NCBI GenBank assembly: GCA_041664925.1
Contig: JBAYJV010000004.1
Location: forward strand, 26,998 to 90,997
DNA length: 64,000 bases
Source of the DNA: Minisyncoccota bacterium
GTDB taxonomy: Bacteria; Patescibacteriota; Minisyncoccia; JBAYJV01
Reading direction: 5' to 3'
Shown: positions 1-9,006 of the stretch, in pieces
Layout: each line of letters begins with the position of its first letter
Position numbering within the stretch: position 1 is the first letter of the stretch
Translations under genes and position numbers: made by a program
The notes under the pieces: generated by a model
Database searches by the model: none
Seen by the model: only the letters and a program-made list of their open reading frames with translations
What the model was told of the DNA's origin: nothing

Positions 1-803
1 ATTACGCTGACAATCTTAAGAAAATAGTCTCTATTTTAACTGGCAAAAGACAAGAAATAATAACTAAAATTAGAAGTGATCTGAAAAGAAAAATATTAGA
101 AGAAGATTTTGAAAAAGCAGAACAACTTAGTCTTGAAATAAAGTCATTGGAAAATATATTTAATCACAAGAATGCCTTGAGAAAAAATCCAAATGACAAG
201 TTTTTTATTCCCAATGTATCGCTACTTAAGAAAATTCTTTCTAGCAAGATTTTGCCCTTAAGAATAGAAGCTTTTGATGTGTCAAATATAGGAAGTAAAT
301 ATGCAACTGGTTCAATGATAGTTTTTAAAAAAAACGTCGAAAACGGAAAAATTTATTATTCTCCAAACAAAAAAGAATATAGAATTTTTCATATTAAAAA
401 TAAAATTATTAATAATGACCTTGATATGCTTAGGGAGATAATAATGAGAAGATTAGATCATTCTTCTCCCAGTAACAAAAACACAACTCACCAAAAAAAG
501 AATATTTTCTGGCCTCTCCCTCAATTAGTATTAATAGATGGTGGAAAAACTCAGCTCGCTGTAGCCACTGATTGTTTTAATAAAATAAATGGCAATAAAA
601 CTGTACAATGCTTGGCGCTTGCAAAAAGACAAGAAAAATTATATACTGTTCTCTGTGATAGAAAAGACGCTGTGCAGGTCTATTTTTTAAATAAATTGAG
701 CATTAATATTGCTAATTTATTCAAAAACCTGAGAAACGAGGCTCATCGTTTTGCTATAAAACACCATCGAAAATTAATAGAAAATAATCTTAAAAAAATA
801 TAG
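1..803 (+). CDS. uvrC: Excinuclease ABC subunit C (UvrC), 5'-truncated by the window edge; lacks a C-terminal HhH region
   Basis: The reading frame is open from base 3. Motifs 'RIEAFDVSNIG', 'LIDGGKTQL', 'LAKRQEKLY' and 'EAHRFAIKHHRK' match the UvrC endonuclease region. Confidence 0.7.
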   Translation, partial: YADNLKKIVSILTGKRQEIITKIRSDLKRKILEEDFEKAEQLSLEIKSLENIFNHKNALRKNPNDKFFIPNVSLLKKILSSKILPLRIEAFDVSNIGSKYATGSMIVFKKNVENGKIYYSPNKKEYRIFHIKNKIINNDLDMLREIIMRRLDHSSPSNKNTTHQKKNIFWPLPQLVLIDGGKTQLAVATDCFNKINGNKTVQCLALAKRQEKLYTVLCDRKDAVQVYFLNKLSINIANLFKNLRNEAHRFAIKHHRKLIENNLKKI

Positions 804-804
804 T

Positions 805-880
805 CAATTTATTAAAATATAATCAATTTATTAAAATATAATCAATTTATTAAAAATTAATCAATTTATTAAAAATTAAA
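805..880. repeat. Four tandem copies of a ~19-20 bp AT-rich unit (aatcaatttattaaaa[t/a]at)
   Basis: Direct tandem repeats are visible between the uvrC stop and secG. Confidence 0.85.
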
Positions 881-908
881 AAGGTTTAGTTTTAAGTTTT
901 TAAATATT

Positions 909-1124
909 ATGACTAATATATTAATTATCGGAGAGATTCTAGTTGCTACATTGCTTATTGTTGTGATTTTACTCCAAAGACAGGGCGGTGGCTTATCTTC
1001 TGTTCTGGGGGGAGGCGGAGAAACTTATAGGACAAAAAGAGGGTTCGAGAAAACGTTGGTTTGGGCAACTATTGTCTTATCTGTCCTTCTTCTGGTTTTA
1101 GCGATAGCTAGAATTATTGTCTAG
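909..1124 (+). CDS. secG: Preprotein translocase subunit SecG
   Basis: A 71-aa protein with two TM segments and the SecG-like 'LLQRQGGGLSSVLGGGG' glycine motif. Confidence 0.65.
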   Translation: MTNILIIGEILVATLLIVVILLQRQGGGLSSVLGGGGETYRTKRGFEKTLVWATIVLSVLLLVLAIARIIV

Positions 1125-1156
1125 CTAAAATACTAAATATAATATCTGTTCTTGTT

Positions 1157-2824
1157 ATGTCTCAAAAAATCAAACGAACCATCACTAAAATAATAGCTAT
1201 ACCAAGAATATTCAACCAGAAAGAAATGGCCTTGGCGAGAATATTCGTTTTTTTGATTATCTTAAGTTCTCTTGGTCTTTTAATAAACATTCATCTTTCT
1301 TCAACTCGAATTCTTCCAAATAATGGGGGTATTTATAGAGAAGCAATTATTGGGTACCCGCAATACTTGAATCCCATTCTCAGCTATTCAAGTGACACCG
1401 ATAGAGATATTGTTAAGTTGATATATTCCGGTCTTACAAAATTCGACCCAGATGGCAATATTGTTCCAGACTTGGCTGAGGATTTTATTATTGATGATAG
1501 CGGAAAAAATTATACTTTTTATCTCAGAAAAAATATTTATTGGCACAATAATATACCATTTAGTGTTGACGATATTGTTTTTACGATTAAAACAATTCAA
1601 AATCCTGAGTACAATAGTCCATTAAGATTTAATTGGGATGGGGTCGAAATAGAAAAAATAAATGATTTAACTGTAAGATTCAAGTTAAAAAATCCTTATG
1701 CCCCTTTTCTTACTAATACAACTGTCGGAATTCTACCAAAACATATTTGGGAAAATCTATCTCCAAGAGATTTCTATCTTTCAAAAGCTAATCTTGAACC
1801 AATAGGCACTGGACCATTTAAGTTTGATAATATTAAAAAAGGTACCGGAAAAATCATAGAAACACTGACCATTGAAAGAAATAATCAATATTATCTTAAA
1901 AAACCTTATCTAGAAAAACTTATCTTTGTTTTTCAAAACGGAGAGAAAAAACTCATTGAAGCGTTAAATCAAAATAAGGTTGATGCTATTGCTTTAGGGT
2001 CTGGATTTTACAAGAAAAATATTAAAAAACAAGAACGCTTTAATTTTTATTCCCCGTTATTACCACGCTACTTCGCAGCATTTATTAACCAAGAAAAAAA
2101 CTCTCTTTTGGCAAATCAAAATGTTAGAATAGCCCTGAGTTATGCAACAAATAAAGAGTTAATAATTAAAGAGGTTTTTAACGATGAGGCATTGCGAATC
2201 GAAGGTCCATTTCCGCAATATCTGCTTCCAGAAAAACACTCCAGTTCTTCTAGTATTTATGAGTATAATCTTGATAAGGCAAAAAAATATTTGGAAAAAA
2301 TAAATAAAGAAAGCTTAAATATCGTCTTAACGTTTCCCGATATACCGGAATTAGCAAAGACCGCAGAAATTTTACAATCAAGCTGGCAAGAAGCAGGATT
2401 CAGGGTTAAAATTTCACTAGTTCCTCCTACTGAGATTATTGATAGTATTATAAGGCAGCGAAATTATGAAATTCTTATTTTTGGACAAGTATTAAACCTT
2501 GATCCTGATCCTTTTTCTTTCTGGCACTCCTCTCAAAAAAATGACCCAGGATTAAATCTATCTTTATACCAAAATAAAGCCGTTGATGCTATTCTCAAAA
2601 ATGCTCGTGGAGAATTAGATGCAGAAAAAAGATTAAAATTATATGGAGATCTGTCAAGTCAAATAACCAAAGATATTCCTGCCGTCTTTCTGTATAGCCC
2701 AAAATACCTTTATGTTGTTAATGATAAAATAAAAGGAATAAAAACAACTAAAATAAATTTACCTGCTGATAGGTTTGCTTCTGTTGAAAACTGGTACATA
2801 GAGACAAGGAGGGTAAAAAAGTGA
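1157..2824 (+). CDS. ABC transporter substrate-binding protein, family 5 (oligopeptide/dipeptide/nickel type) with an N-terminal membrane anchor
   Basis: A 555-aa protein with an N-terminal TM and overall SBP_bac_5-like architecture (e.g. 'IYWHNN', 'VGTGPFKF', 'ILIFGQ'). Confidence 0.6.
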   Translation: MSQKIKRTITKIIAIPRIFNQKEMALARIFVFLIILSSLGLLINIHLSSTRILPNNGGIYREAIIGYPQYLNPILSYSSDTDRDIVKLIYSGLTKFDPDGNIVPDLAEDFIIDDSGKNYTFYLRKNIYWHNNIPFSVDDIVFTIKTIQNPEYNSPLRFNWDGVEIEKINDLTVRFKLKNPYAPFLTNTTVGILPKHIWENLSPRDFYLSKANLEPIGTGPFKFDNIKKGTGKIIETLTIERNNQYYLKKPYLEKLIFVFQNGEKKLIEALNQNKVDAIALGSGFYKKNIKKQERFNFYSPLLPRYFAAFINQEKNSLLANQNVRIALSYATNKELIIKEVFNDEALRIEGPFPQYLLPEKHSSSSSIYEYNLDKAKKYLEKINKESLNIVLTFPDIPELAKTAEILQSSWQEAGFRVKISLVPPTEIIDSIIRQRNYEILIFGQVLNLDPDPFSFWHSSQKNDPGLNLSLYQNKAVDAILKNARGELDAEKRLKLYGDLSSQITKDIPAVFLYSPKYLYVVNDKIKGIKTTKINLPADRFASVENWYIETRRVKK

Positions 2825-2825
2825 T

Positions 2826-2924
2826 TATTTTTTATTTTAATGAATAAAAAAAAGCACGTAAGTGATTATTTTTTATTTTAATGAATAAAAAAAGCACATA
2901 AGTGGTTATTTACTACTTGTTTTA
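2826..2924. repeat. Tandem duplication (about 45-bp unit, 2 copies) of the 5' end/RBS/start of the downstream gene, creating short uORFs (MNKKKHVSDYFLF*)
   Basis: 'aagtgattattttttattttaatgaataaaaaaaagcacgt' is repeated twice. A third diverged copy carries the real start (MSKKKHIIE). Confidence 0.75.
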
Positions 2925-3905
2925 ATGAGCAAAAAAAAACACATAATAGAAAAAAATATATTAGATTTTCCTCTCCAGATTAAATCTGGGCTTGAGAGAA
3001 ATTTTGATGGCATTGGTTTTGATAGAAAATTTAAGAACATTCTTGTTTGCGGCATGGGTGGATCTGCATTAGCCGCAGAGTTTCTTAAAAAGTTCTATCC
3101 CATTCGCATTCATAGAAATTATGAATTACCCGTAAGACTAATTGATAAAGATACGCTTATTATATGCGTGTCCTATTCTGGAAATACAGAAGAAATTGTT
3201 TCTGCCTATGATGTTGCGATAAGAAATGGATTACCTGCTGTTGTTTTGTCTAGCGGTGGAATATTGAAAACTAGATCGTTAAAAGAAAAGGTTCCTTTTA
3301 TTGAAATATTAACAAAGGACATTGAACCACGCATGTCTGTTATCGAACAGATCTGTATTCTAAAAAGATTATTTGATAGTCTTAAAATAAAACCTCACAA
3401 CGAAAAGAGTCTAGAGATTAAATCAGTTATTGTTCCAGAAAATTTTGTTCCACAAGCCAAAATCATCGCAAAAAATCTTATAGACAAGGTACCTTTAGTT
3501 TATGCTAGTATTGAGAATAAGGCTTCCGCGATTTTTTGGAAAGCTCTATTAAACGAAAATGCTAAAGTGCCTGCATTTTGGAATGTTTTTCCAGAAATTA
3601 ATCATAATGAATTTATGCACGGGCAAGGAATAACATGGTCAAAAAAATTTCATATTCTCAGTCTTATCGATGACGATGACCATATTAAGGTAAAAAATAG
3701 AATGAGATTATCGATTGATATGTTAAAAAGAAAAGGATTTGGTGCAAATATAATAAAAATAGAAGGCTTCACGCCTTTTGAAAAAATTATAAATTCTATT
3801 GTTATCGGTAATTGGATATCTTATTTTCTTGCAAAAGAACTAAAAATAGACCCATCTGATCCCGATGTTCGAGAAGAGTTTAAAAAATTAATCAGCCAAA
3901 CTTAA
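2925..3905 (+). CDS. Bifunctional phosphoglucose/phosphomannose isomerase-like SIS-domain protein
   Basis: SIS-type motif 'LVCGMGGSALAAEFL' and 'ICVSYSGNTEE'. Length is 326 aa. Confidence 0.5.
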   Translation: MSKKKHIIEKNILDFPLQIKSGLERNFDGIGFDRKFKNILVCGMGGSALAAEFLKKFYPIRIHRNYELPVRLIDKDTLIICVSYSGNTEEIVSAYDVAIRNGLPAVVLSSGGILKTRSLKEKVPFIEILTKDIEPRMSVIEQICILKRLFDSLKIKPHNEKSLEIKSVIVPENFVPQAKIIAKNLIDKVPLVYASIENKASAIFWKALLNENAKVPAFWNVFPEINHNEFMHGQGITWSKKFHILSLIDDDDHIKVKNRMRLSIDMLKRKGFGANIIKIEGFTPFEKIINSIVIGNWISYFLAKELKIDPSDPDVREEFKKLISQT

Positions 3906-3933
3906 CTAACTTTTTCTAATTGCAAAGTAGCAA

Positions 3934-5658
3934 TTAAGCCTCAATAATCACCGGCAACACCATTGGTCGTCTCCTCGTTTGTTCGAAAAGAAAGCTACCA
4001 ACCTTCTCCCTAAGTATTTCCCTTAAGTGGGTCGCATTTACGCTCCTTCCAGGAGCCAATTCATTGTTGAGTAACTCTTTGACTAGAACTCTTGTATCAT
4101 TCAAGAGTTTTTTTGATTCTTTCAGATACACAAATCCCCTAGATATAATATCTATATTATCTTTAGTTTTATGAGCATTAGTATCAATAATAGCCACAAT
4201 AACAAACATACCATCTTGAGCCATAGTCTTTCTATCCCGTAAAACAATTTGACCAACATCCCCTACTCCCAAACCATCAACCATAACATAATCAACCGCA
4301 ACTCGCTGTTCAGTTTTATATATTCTGTTTCTCTCTAAATTTATGACTTCTCCGTTTTGTCCAACTAGAATATTTTTTGGATCCATGCCCAATTCCTGAG
4401 CTATTTGTCCATGATTTACTAGCATCGAGAAATTTCCATGAACCGGCATAAAAAACTTTGGCTTCACCAAGCTAATCATCATTTTTAAATCTTCTATCTG
4501 CGCATGTCCACCAGCGTGAATATCCATCATTTGATTGTGATATACCTTGGCACCCTGGCGACAGATATCGTCTTTTAACCCCTGGACAGCTCTTTCATTG
4601 CCAGGAATTACTGAAGAAGACAACACTAGAGTATCATGATTTTGTATTTTAAAATAATGGTGTTCGCCAGATACAATTCTTATAAGCGCTGCCCCTGATT
4701 CTCCTTGAGCTCCAGTACAGATAATAGTTACCTTGCTTGATTCAAGTTTAATCGCTTGTTTCGCGCTAATCAAAGTTCCTTTTTTGAATTTGATATACCC
4801 TAGGTCTTGAGCAATCTGCGCATTGCTTTTCATGCTATAACCCTCAAGTACTACTTTTCGTCCGTGTTTCTCGGACAAATTAATAATTTCTTGAATTCTT
4901 GTTATGAGCGACGAAAATGTTGCAATTATTAAGCGTCCCGAAGAACTTTCAAAAATTGTTTCTAGATTATCCTGAATTCCCTTCTCGGTAATTGTGTGAC
5001 CCTCCTTCTCTGAGCCAGTAGAATCAGACATTAATAATAATACTCCCTTTTGTCCAAATCTAGCTATTGATGCTAGATCTGCTGGTTTATCTGCTATTGG
5101 CTCAAAATCAAATTTAAAATCACCGGTATGTATAATTCTTCCCACTGGAGTTTCTATTGATAAACCAACCGAATCAGGTATGTTGTGATTTTGGTGAAAG
5201 GCTTCTATCGTAAATTGTCCCAATCTTATCGGATCGTTGATTTTTATTGTTTTAATATTTAATGGAGCTAGGTTCGGAAATTCCTCATGTCTCTTCAAAA
5301 TTAATCCCCTAGTTAGTGGAGTAGCATAAAGTGGTGGATGCTCTAAGTCCTTTATCAAATAAGAAATAGCGCCGATATGATCAAGATGACCATGCGTAAA
5401 GAAAATTCCCTGAATTCTTTTCTTATTTTTTTGAAAATATTGAATATTAGGGATAATAAAATCTATTCCTGGCATATCTTCTACTTCAGGAAAACGCAAC
5501 CCTATGTCGACAATAATGCACTCGTTTTCGTACTCAAAAACCATCATATTTTTACCTATTTCCCCTAATCCACCAAGAGATATAATTTTTATGTGTTTTT
5601 CTTTTGCGACATTGCTTCTTATATTGTTTTGTGAATTATGTTTTATATTGTTAATCAT
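3934..5658 (-). CDS. rnj: Ribonuclease J (metallo-beta-lactamase / beta-CASP RNase)
   Basis: 'HGHLDHIGA' MBL motif, beta-CASP region and 574-aa length. The start is preceded by a duplicated start region (see findings). Confidence 0.85.
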   Translation of the reverse strand: MINNIKHNSQNNIRSNVAKEKHIKIISLGGLGEIGKNMMVFEYENECIIVDIGLRFPEVEDMPGIDFIIPNIQYFQKNKKRIQGIFFTHGHLDHIGAISYLIKDLEHPPLYATPLTRGLILKRHEEFPNLAPLNIKTIKINDPIRLGQFTIEAFHQNHNIPDSVGLSIETPVGRIIHTGDFKFDFEPIADKPADLASIARFGQKGVLLLMSDSTGSEKEGHTITEKGIQDNLETIFESSSGRLIIATFSSLITRIQEIINLSEKHGRKVVLEGYSMKSNAQIAQDLGYIKFKKGTLISAKQAIKLESSKVTIICTGAQGESGAALIRIVSGEHHYFKIQNHDTLVLSSSVIPGNERAVQGLKDDICRQGAKVYHNQMMDIHAGGHAQIEDLKMMISLVKPKFFMPVHGNFSMLVNHGQIAQELGMDPKNILVGQNGEVINLERNRIYKTEQRVAVDYVMVDGLGVGDVGQIVLRDRKTMAQDGMFVIVAIIDTNAHKTKDNIDIISRGFVYLKESKKLLNDTRVLVKELLNNELAPGRSVNATHLREILREKVGSFLFEQTRRRPMVLPVIIEA

Positions 5659-5725
5659 TTTGTTTAATTATATTAACATTGCTTTTTATATTGTTAATCA
5701 TTTTATTTAATATTAATGGAGCGTG

Positions 5726-5808
5726 TGCTCGGGACAGGACTTGAACCTGCACGTCCTTACGGACCAGGCTTCTGAGGCCTGTGTGTATACCAATTCCACC
5801 ACCCGAGC
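5726..5808 (-). tRNA. tRNA-Leu (anticodon CAG)
   Basis: Manual fold of the 83-nt sequence: acceptor GCTCGGG/CCCGAGC, anticodon stem CAGGC/GCCTG, loop CTCAGAA, long variable arm, T-loop GTTCAAGTC. Confidence 0.85.
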
Positions 5809-5964
5809 TTAGATCAATTACAAAAATATGTTGAATTAATTTTATTTATTGCTTGTTTGCCAAAATAAAATCAAGATGAAAACAAAGCAAAAAATCACTA
5901 ATCATTAATTAAGTCCGTTAATGACTAGATAAATTTAAATTTTGGTGAAATTTTATCACTATCA

Positions 5965-6048
5965 TGCCGCGGGTGGGACTCGAACCCACACGGACATAAG
6001 CCCAAAAGATTTTAAGTCTTTCGCGTATACCAGTTCCGCCACCGCGGC
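5965..6048 (-). tRNA. tRNA-Leu (anticodon TAA)
   Basis: 84 nt with acceptor GCCGCGG/CCGCGGC, anticodon loop CTTAAAA, long variable arm and GGTTCGAGTCC T-arm. Confidence 0.85.
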
Positions 6049-6060
6049 AAATGAAACGTA

Positions 6061-6108
6061 AGGCCTGGATGGGAATCGAACCCATATACACAGGGTTTTG
6101 TCCCAGAA
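6061..6108 (-). other. 3'-half tRNA-Cys-like fragment (positions 35 to 3' end; variable loop 2 nt longer than the intact copy) preceded by TTCTGGGA
   Basis: CAAAACCCTGTGTATATGGGTTCGATTCCCATCCAGGCCT matches the intact tRNA-Cys 3' half. Confidence 0.65.
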
Positions 6109-6196
6109 ACTTCTATTCCGCCTGCCTGACGGCAGTCAGGGTAGGCAGGGCATACTGGAATTAGAATTTCGGGATCCCGAATCACTATTTTCGGCA

Positions 6197-6267
6197 AGGC
6201 CTGGATGGGAATCGAACCCATATACAGGGTTTTGCAGACCCTTGCCTAACCACTCGGCCACCAGGCC
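6197..6267 (-). tRNA. tRNA-Cys (anticodon GCA), intact, 71 nt, discriminator U
   Basis: Acceptor GGCCTGG/CCAGGCC, anticodon stem AGGGT/ACCCT, loop CTGCAAA and GGTTCGATTCC T-arm. Confidence 0.85.
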
Positions 6268-6280
6268 GAAAATCAAGTGA

Positions 6281-6321
6281 TTCTGGGACAGACCCTTGCC
6301 TAACCACTCGGCCACCAGGCC
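6281..6321 (-). other. 5'-half tRNA-Cys fragment (nt 1-33, identical to the intact copy) followed by TCCCAGAA
   Basis: GGCCTGGTGGCCGAGTGGTTAGGCAAGGGTCTG is an exact duplicate of the tRNA-Cys 5' part and ends in the anticodon loop after G34. Confidence 0.7.
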
Positions 6322-6387
6322 AAAGCTTAAAAAATAGACCTTGATTTAAGTGACCAGCTATACGAGGTTGAATTCAATTTATTGTAA

Positions 6388-6717
6388 CTATAATTGCTTA
6401 AACAAACCATCTAAAACACCTAACTTTTCTCCTTGTATATCTAATAAAAACCTGATTTTAGGAACAGGCCTCATGTATAATCTCTTATCAAGCGTTTTTT
6501 GAATAGAATAAATGTTTTTGTTTAATCCTTCTATGACTATTTTTGTTTCACTTTCGGGTAAAACCGTAATAAAAACTTTTGAATATCTACAATCAACGGA
6601 CGTTTCCGTTTTGGTTATTGTTATTAATGGTTTATTGATAAAGTCCGCTTCTTTAAGAATGATCTGTCCTAATTCTTGTCGAATTAAATCGTTAACTTGA
6701 TTAATACGCTTTGACAT
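6388..6717 (-). CDS. rbfA: Ribosome-binding factor A
   Basis: 109 aa with an RbfA-like pattern (KRINQVNDLIRQELGQII ... KVFITVL ... RPVPKIRFLLD). It lies immediately downstream of infB. Confidence 0.8.
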   Translation of the reverse strand: MSKRINQVNDLIRQELGQIILKEADFINKPLITITKTETSVDCRYSKVFITVLPESETKIVIEGLNKNIYSIQKTLDKRLYMRPVPKIRFLLDIQGEKLGVLDGLFKQL

Positions 6718-6727
6718 TGTTGGTTTA

Positions 6728-8251
6728 TTAGAAAATAATCATCAAATCACCGACTTTTACTTCCCCGTTTCCTTCATATAAGACTCCACACTCTTCGTCT
6801 TTAATGACTTTTGCCGCTGATTGTCTTCCTTTTTCTATTTCCAAAACTTTCCCTTCTCCGATTGTTTGATTATTTCTCTGAATCTCCACAAAACTCCCAC
6901 GCATCAGTTCTCCTTCAATAATTTTTCCACCAAGAATAATCTTATTAGCTGTTTTTTTCTTTTCCCCCGCTGATTTTTTACGGAAAATTGCTAATATTTC
7001 TAATTTCCCCTTTGTTTTTCTATTCTGCTCTTCTGGGTTTTCCTTAATCAAGTCTTCTATTAACGACTTGATATTATATATTATATCACAAAGCAATAAC
7101 CTCACTTTCATTCTATCAGCAACGTTGATTAAATTTCCTGGTGTCTTGATTCGAAAACCTAAAATATTCGCTTTAGTAGATTGGCTCAATTTTAAATCAG
7201 ATTCTGAAATATTACCCAATGACTGTTTAATAACTACGAAACAAACTTCAAGTTCTTTTGATATAATTTCTAAGGTTTTTATTATCGCTGATTGAGAGCC
7301 ATAAACATCTGTTTTGACGATTAATCTAATTTCTCGTTTTAATCTCTCTTCTTCGGTCGCGGTATCAAAGTTACAAATCCTTAAGTCTTTACACTTAAAA
7401 TCATTCTGATTAGTTGAAAAAGCCTTGCTGTTTTCCGTAGAAAAGTCCTTGAAAATTTCTCCTATTTCGGGAACGTTCTTGAATCCAAGGATTTGGATTG
7501 GTTGTGATGCGACTGCTTTTTTTATAGCTTTATTTTGCCAATCTAATATTTTTTTTATTTTTATAGATTGGTTTTTCGACTCAATCACATCTCCTAGCAT
7601 TATTTCTCCTTCTCGAACTAAAAAGATTGCTCCTATACCTTTGTTTTCGCTAATATTTGTTTCTATTACAACCCCGATAAATTTATTATCTTTTGATTGT
7701 TCTATTTTCTTATCATTCGTTAATAGCTCTCCTAAAATCAGTATAGTGTCTAATAACTCATCAATTCCTTCGCCAGTTTTCGCCGAGGTTTTAACAAGAG
7801 GAACATCTCCTCCCCATGATTCTGTCTGAACATTTTCTTCTTGTAATTGTTTTTCTATTCTCTGAAGATTGCCATTTTGATCTAAAAGATCCGATTTGTT
7901 TATTACTATGATATACGGTAGTTTTATTTCTTGAATTTGTTTTAAAACTTCTTTGGTCTGTGGCTTTATTCCTTCATTTGCCGCTATTACCACTAAGGCC
8001 ATATCGGCTACCTGAGCACCACAAGATCTCATTTGAGAGAATGCTTCATGTCCCGGAGTGTCTATAAAAGTGATTTTTTTATCTCTAAACTCTACTTCAC
8101 ACGCACCAATATGTTGAGTAATTTTACCTGTTTCTTTTTCGGCAATATTTGTCTTTCTAATATAATCTAAAAGACTGGTCTTGCCATGATCAACATGACC
8201 CAGAACCACCACTACCGGAGGTTTTAAAAACAATTCTTTGTTATTAATCAT
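6728..8251 (-). CDS. infB: Translation initiation factor IF-2 (short form lacking the N-terminal extension)
   Basis: G-domain 'VVLGHVDHGKTSLLDYIRKT...GITQHIGA', 'DTPGHEAF' and 'NKSD'. It encodes 507 aa. Confidence 0.9.
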   Translation of the reverse strand: MINNKELFLKPPVVVVLGHVDHGKTSLLDYIRKTNIAEKETGKITQHIGACEVEFRDKKITFIDTPGHEAFSQMRSCGAQVADMALVVIAANEGIKPQTKEVLKQIQEIKLPYIIVINKSDLLDQNGNLQRIEKQLQEENVQTESWGGDVPLVKTSAKTGEGIDELLDTILILGELLTNDKKIEQSKDNKFIGVVIETNISENKGIGAIFLVREGEIMLGDVIESKNQSIKIKKILDWQNKAIKKAVASQPIQILGFKNVPEIGEIFKDFSTENSKAFSTNQNDFKCKDLRICNFDTATEEERLKREIRLIVKTDVYGSQSAIIKTLEIISKELEVCFVVIKQSLGNISESDLKLSQSTKANILGFRIKTPGNLINVADRMKVRLLLCDIIYNIKSLIEDLIKENPEEQNRKTKGKLEILAIFRKKSAGEKKKTANKIILGGKIIEGELMRGSFVEIQRNNQTIGEGKVLEIEKGRQSAAKVIKDEECGVLYEGNGEVKVGDLMIIF

Positions 8252-8323
8252 AATATCTTTTTCCCGTCAAAACGACCAAAAGATCCATTTTCTGTCCTTT
8301 GCTCATAAAGATAAAGTCAGAAA

Positions 8324-8410
8324 CGGCGGGGGTGGGATTCGAACCCACGACCCGCTTACGCGGGTACCGCTTTTCGAGAGCGGCCTGTTCAACCACTCCA
8401 GCACCCCGCC
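8324..8410 (-). tRNA. tRNA-Ser (anticodon CGA)
   Basis: 87 nt with acceptor GGCGGGG/CCCCGCC, anticodon stem CCGCT/AGCGG, loop CTCGAAA, long variable arm and GGTTCGAATCC. Confidence 0.85.
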
Positions 8411-8442
8411 CCCTCTTTTAAAGAAAGTCTAAAGAAAAAGCT

Positions 8443-8515
8443 TGCGCCCAGCAGGAATCGAACCTGCAACCACTAGCTTAAAAGGCTATTGCTCTACCAA
8501 TTGAGCTATGGGCGC
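8443..8515 (-). tRNA. tRNA-Lys (anticodon TTT)
   Basis: 73 nt with acceptor GCGCCCA/TGGGCGC, TAGCTCAATTGGTAGAGC D-arm, anticodon loop CTTTTAA and GGTTCGATTCC. Confidence 0.85.
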
Positions 8516-8579
8516 ACACGCTTCTACTAATCATAACTCGACAAAGCCACAAAGTCAACTCATCTTAATCAATAATTTA

Positions 8580-8930
8580 TTATAATGCGGGACAATTTTT
8601 TGTCGGTCGATATTGATATCCTGAATCTATGGCTTCCTGTTTATTCAGAAACCAAATTGTGTTTTCACTATTTATTTTATTGAGACTTTGACAATCAGCA
8701 CGATAGTATAGCTTTCCATTAATACTTGCGAAGAGTATTGTTTTATTTTGTTCGTGATTAGTTGAAATTTTACTTAAAAATTCATTGGGCTTATTTTTTT
8801 TATCTAAAATAACGATCTTTTTGTTTTTGCATGGTATTATTAAAAAATAAAACCCCACTAAAAAAGAAAATAAAAGAAAAATTAAAAACAGTTCATAGGT
8901 AAACTTGTAGCGATCTTTTGGCTTAATCAT
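8580..8930 (-). CDS. Membrane-anchored protein with an Ada-like Zn-binding domain (hypothetical)
   Basis: An N-terminal TM is followed by 'YYRADCQSLNKINSENTIWFLNKQEAIDSGYQYRPTKNC', which resembles the Ada N-terminal metal-binding fold. Confidence 0.4.
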   Translation of the reverse strand: MIKPKDRYKFTYELFLIFLLFSFLVGFYFLIIPCKNKKIVILDKKNKPNEFLSKISTNHEQNKTILFASINGKLYYRADCQSLNKINSENTIWFLNKQEAIDSGYQYRPTKNCPAL

Positions 8931-9006
8931 AAAGCAGTCTATCCTCTTGCTTTTTCTAAAAAATGATATACAATAGATGAATTAATATATCACTAATCTC
9001 AAAAAC

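Noticed and set aside
6061-6321. Group I self-splicing intron in tRNA-Cys at anticodon 34/35
   Set aside because: The position matches known tRNA group I introns. However, the last 5' exon base is G and not U, the last base of the intervening sequence is A and not G, the segment is only about 190 nt, and it contains a complete tRNA. It is reported as an unexplained nested arrangement instead.
7068-7829. Antisense ORFs inside infB (7068-7295, 7425-7829) and similar small ORFs inside ctpA, ftsI, murF and ligA
   Set aside because: They are embedded antisense or out-of-frame within well-supported conserved genes, with no RBS or conservation signal.
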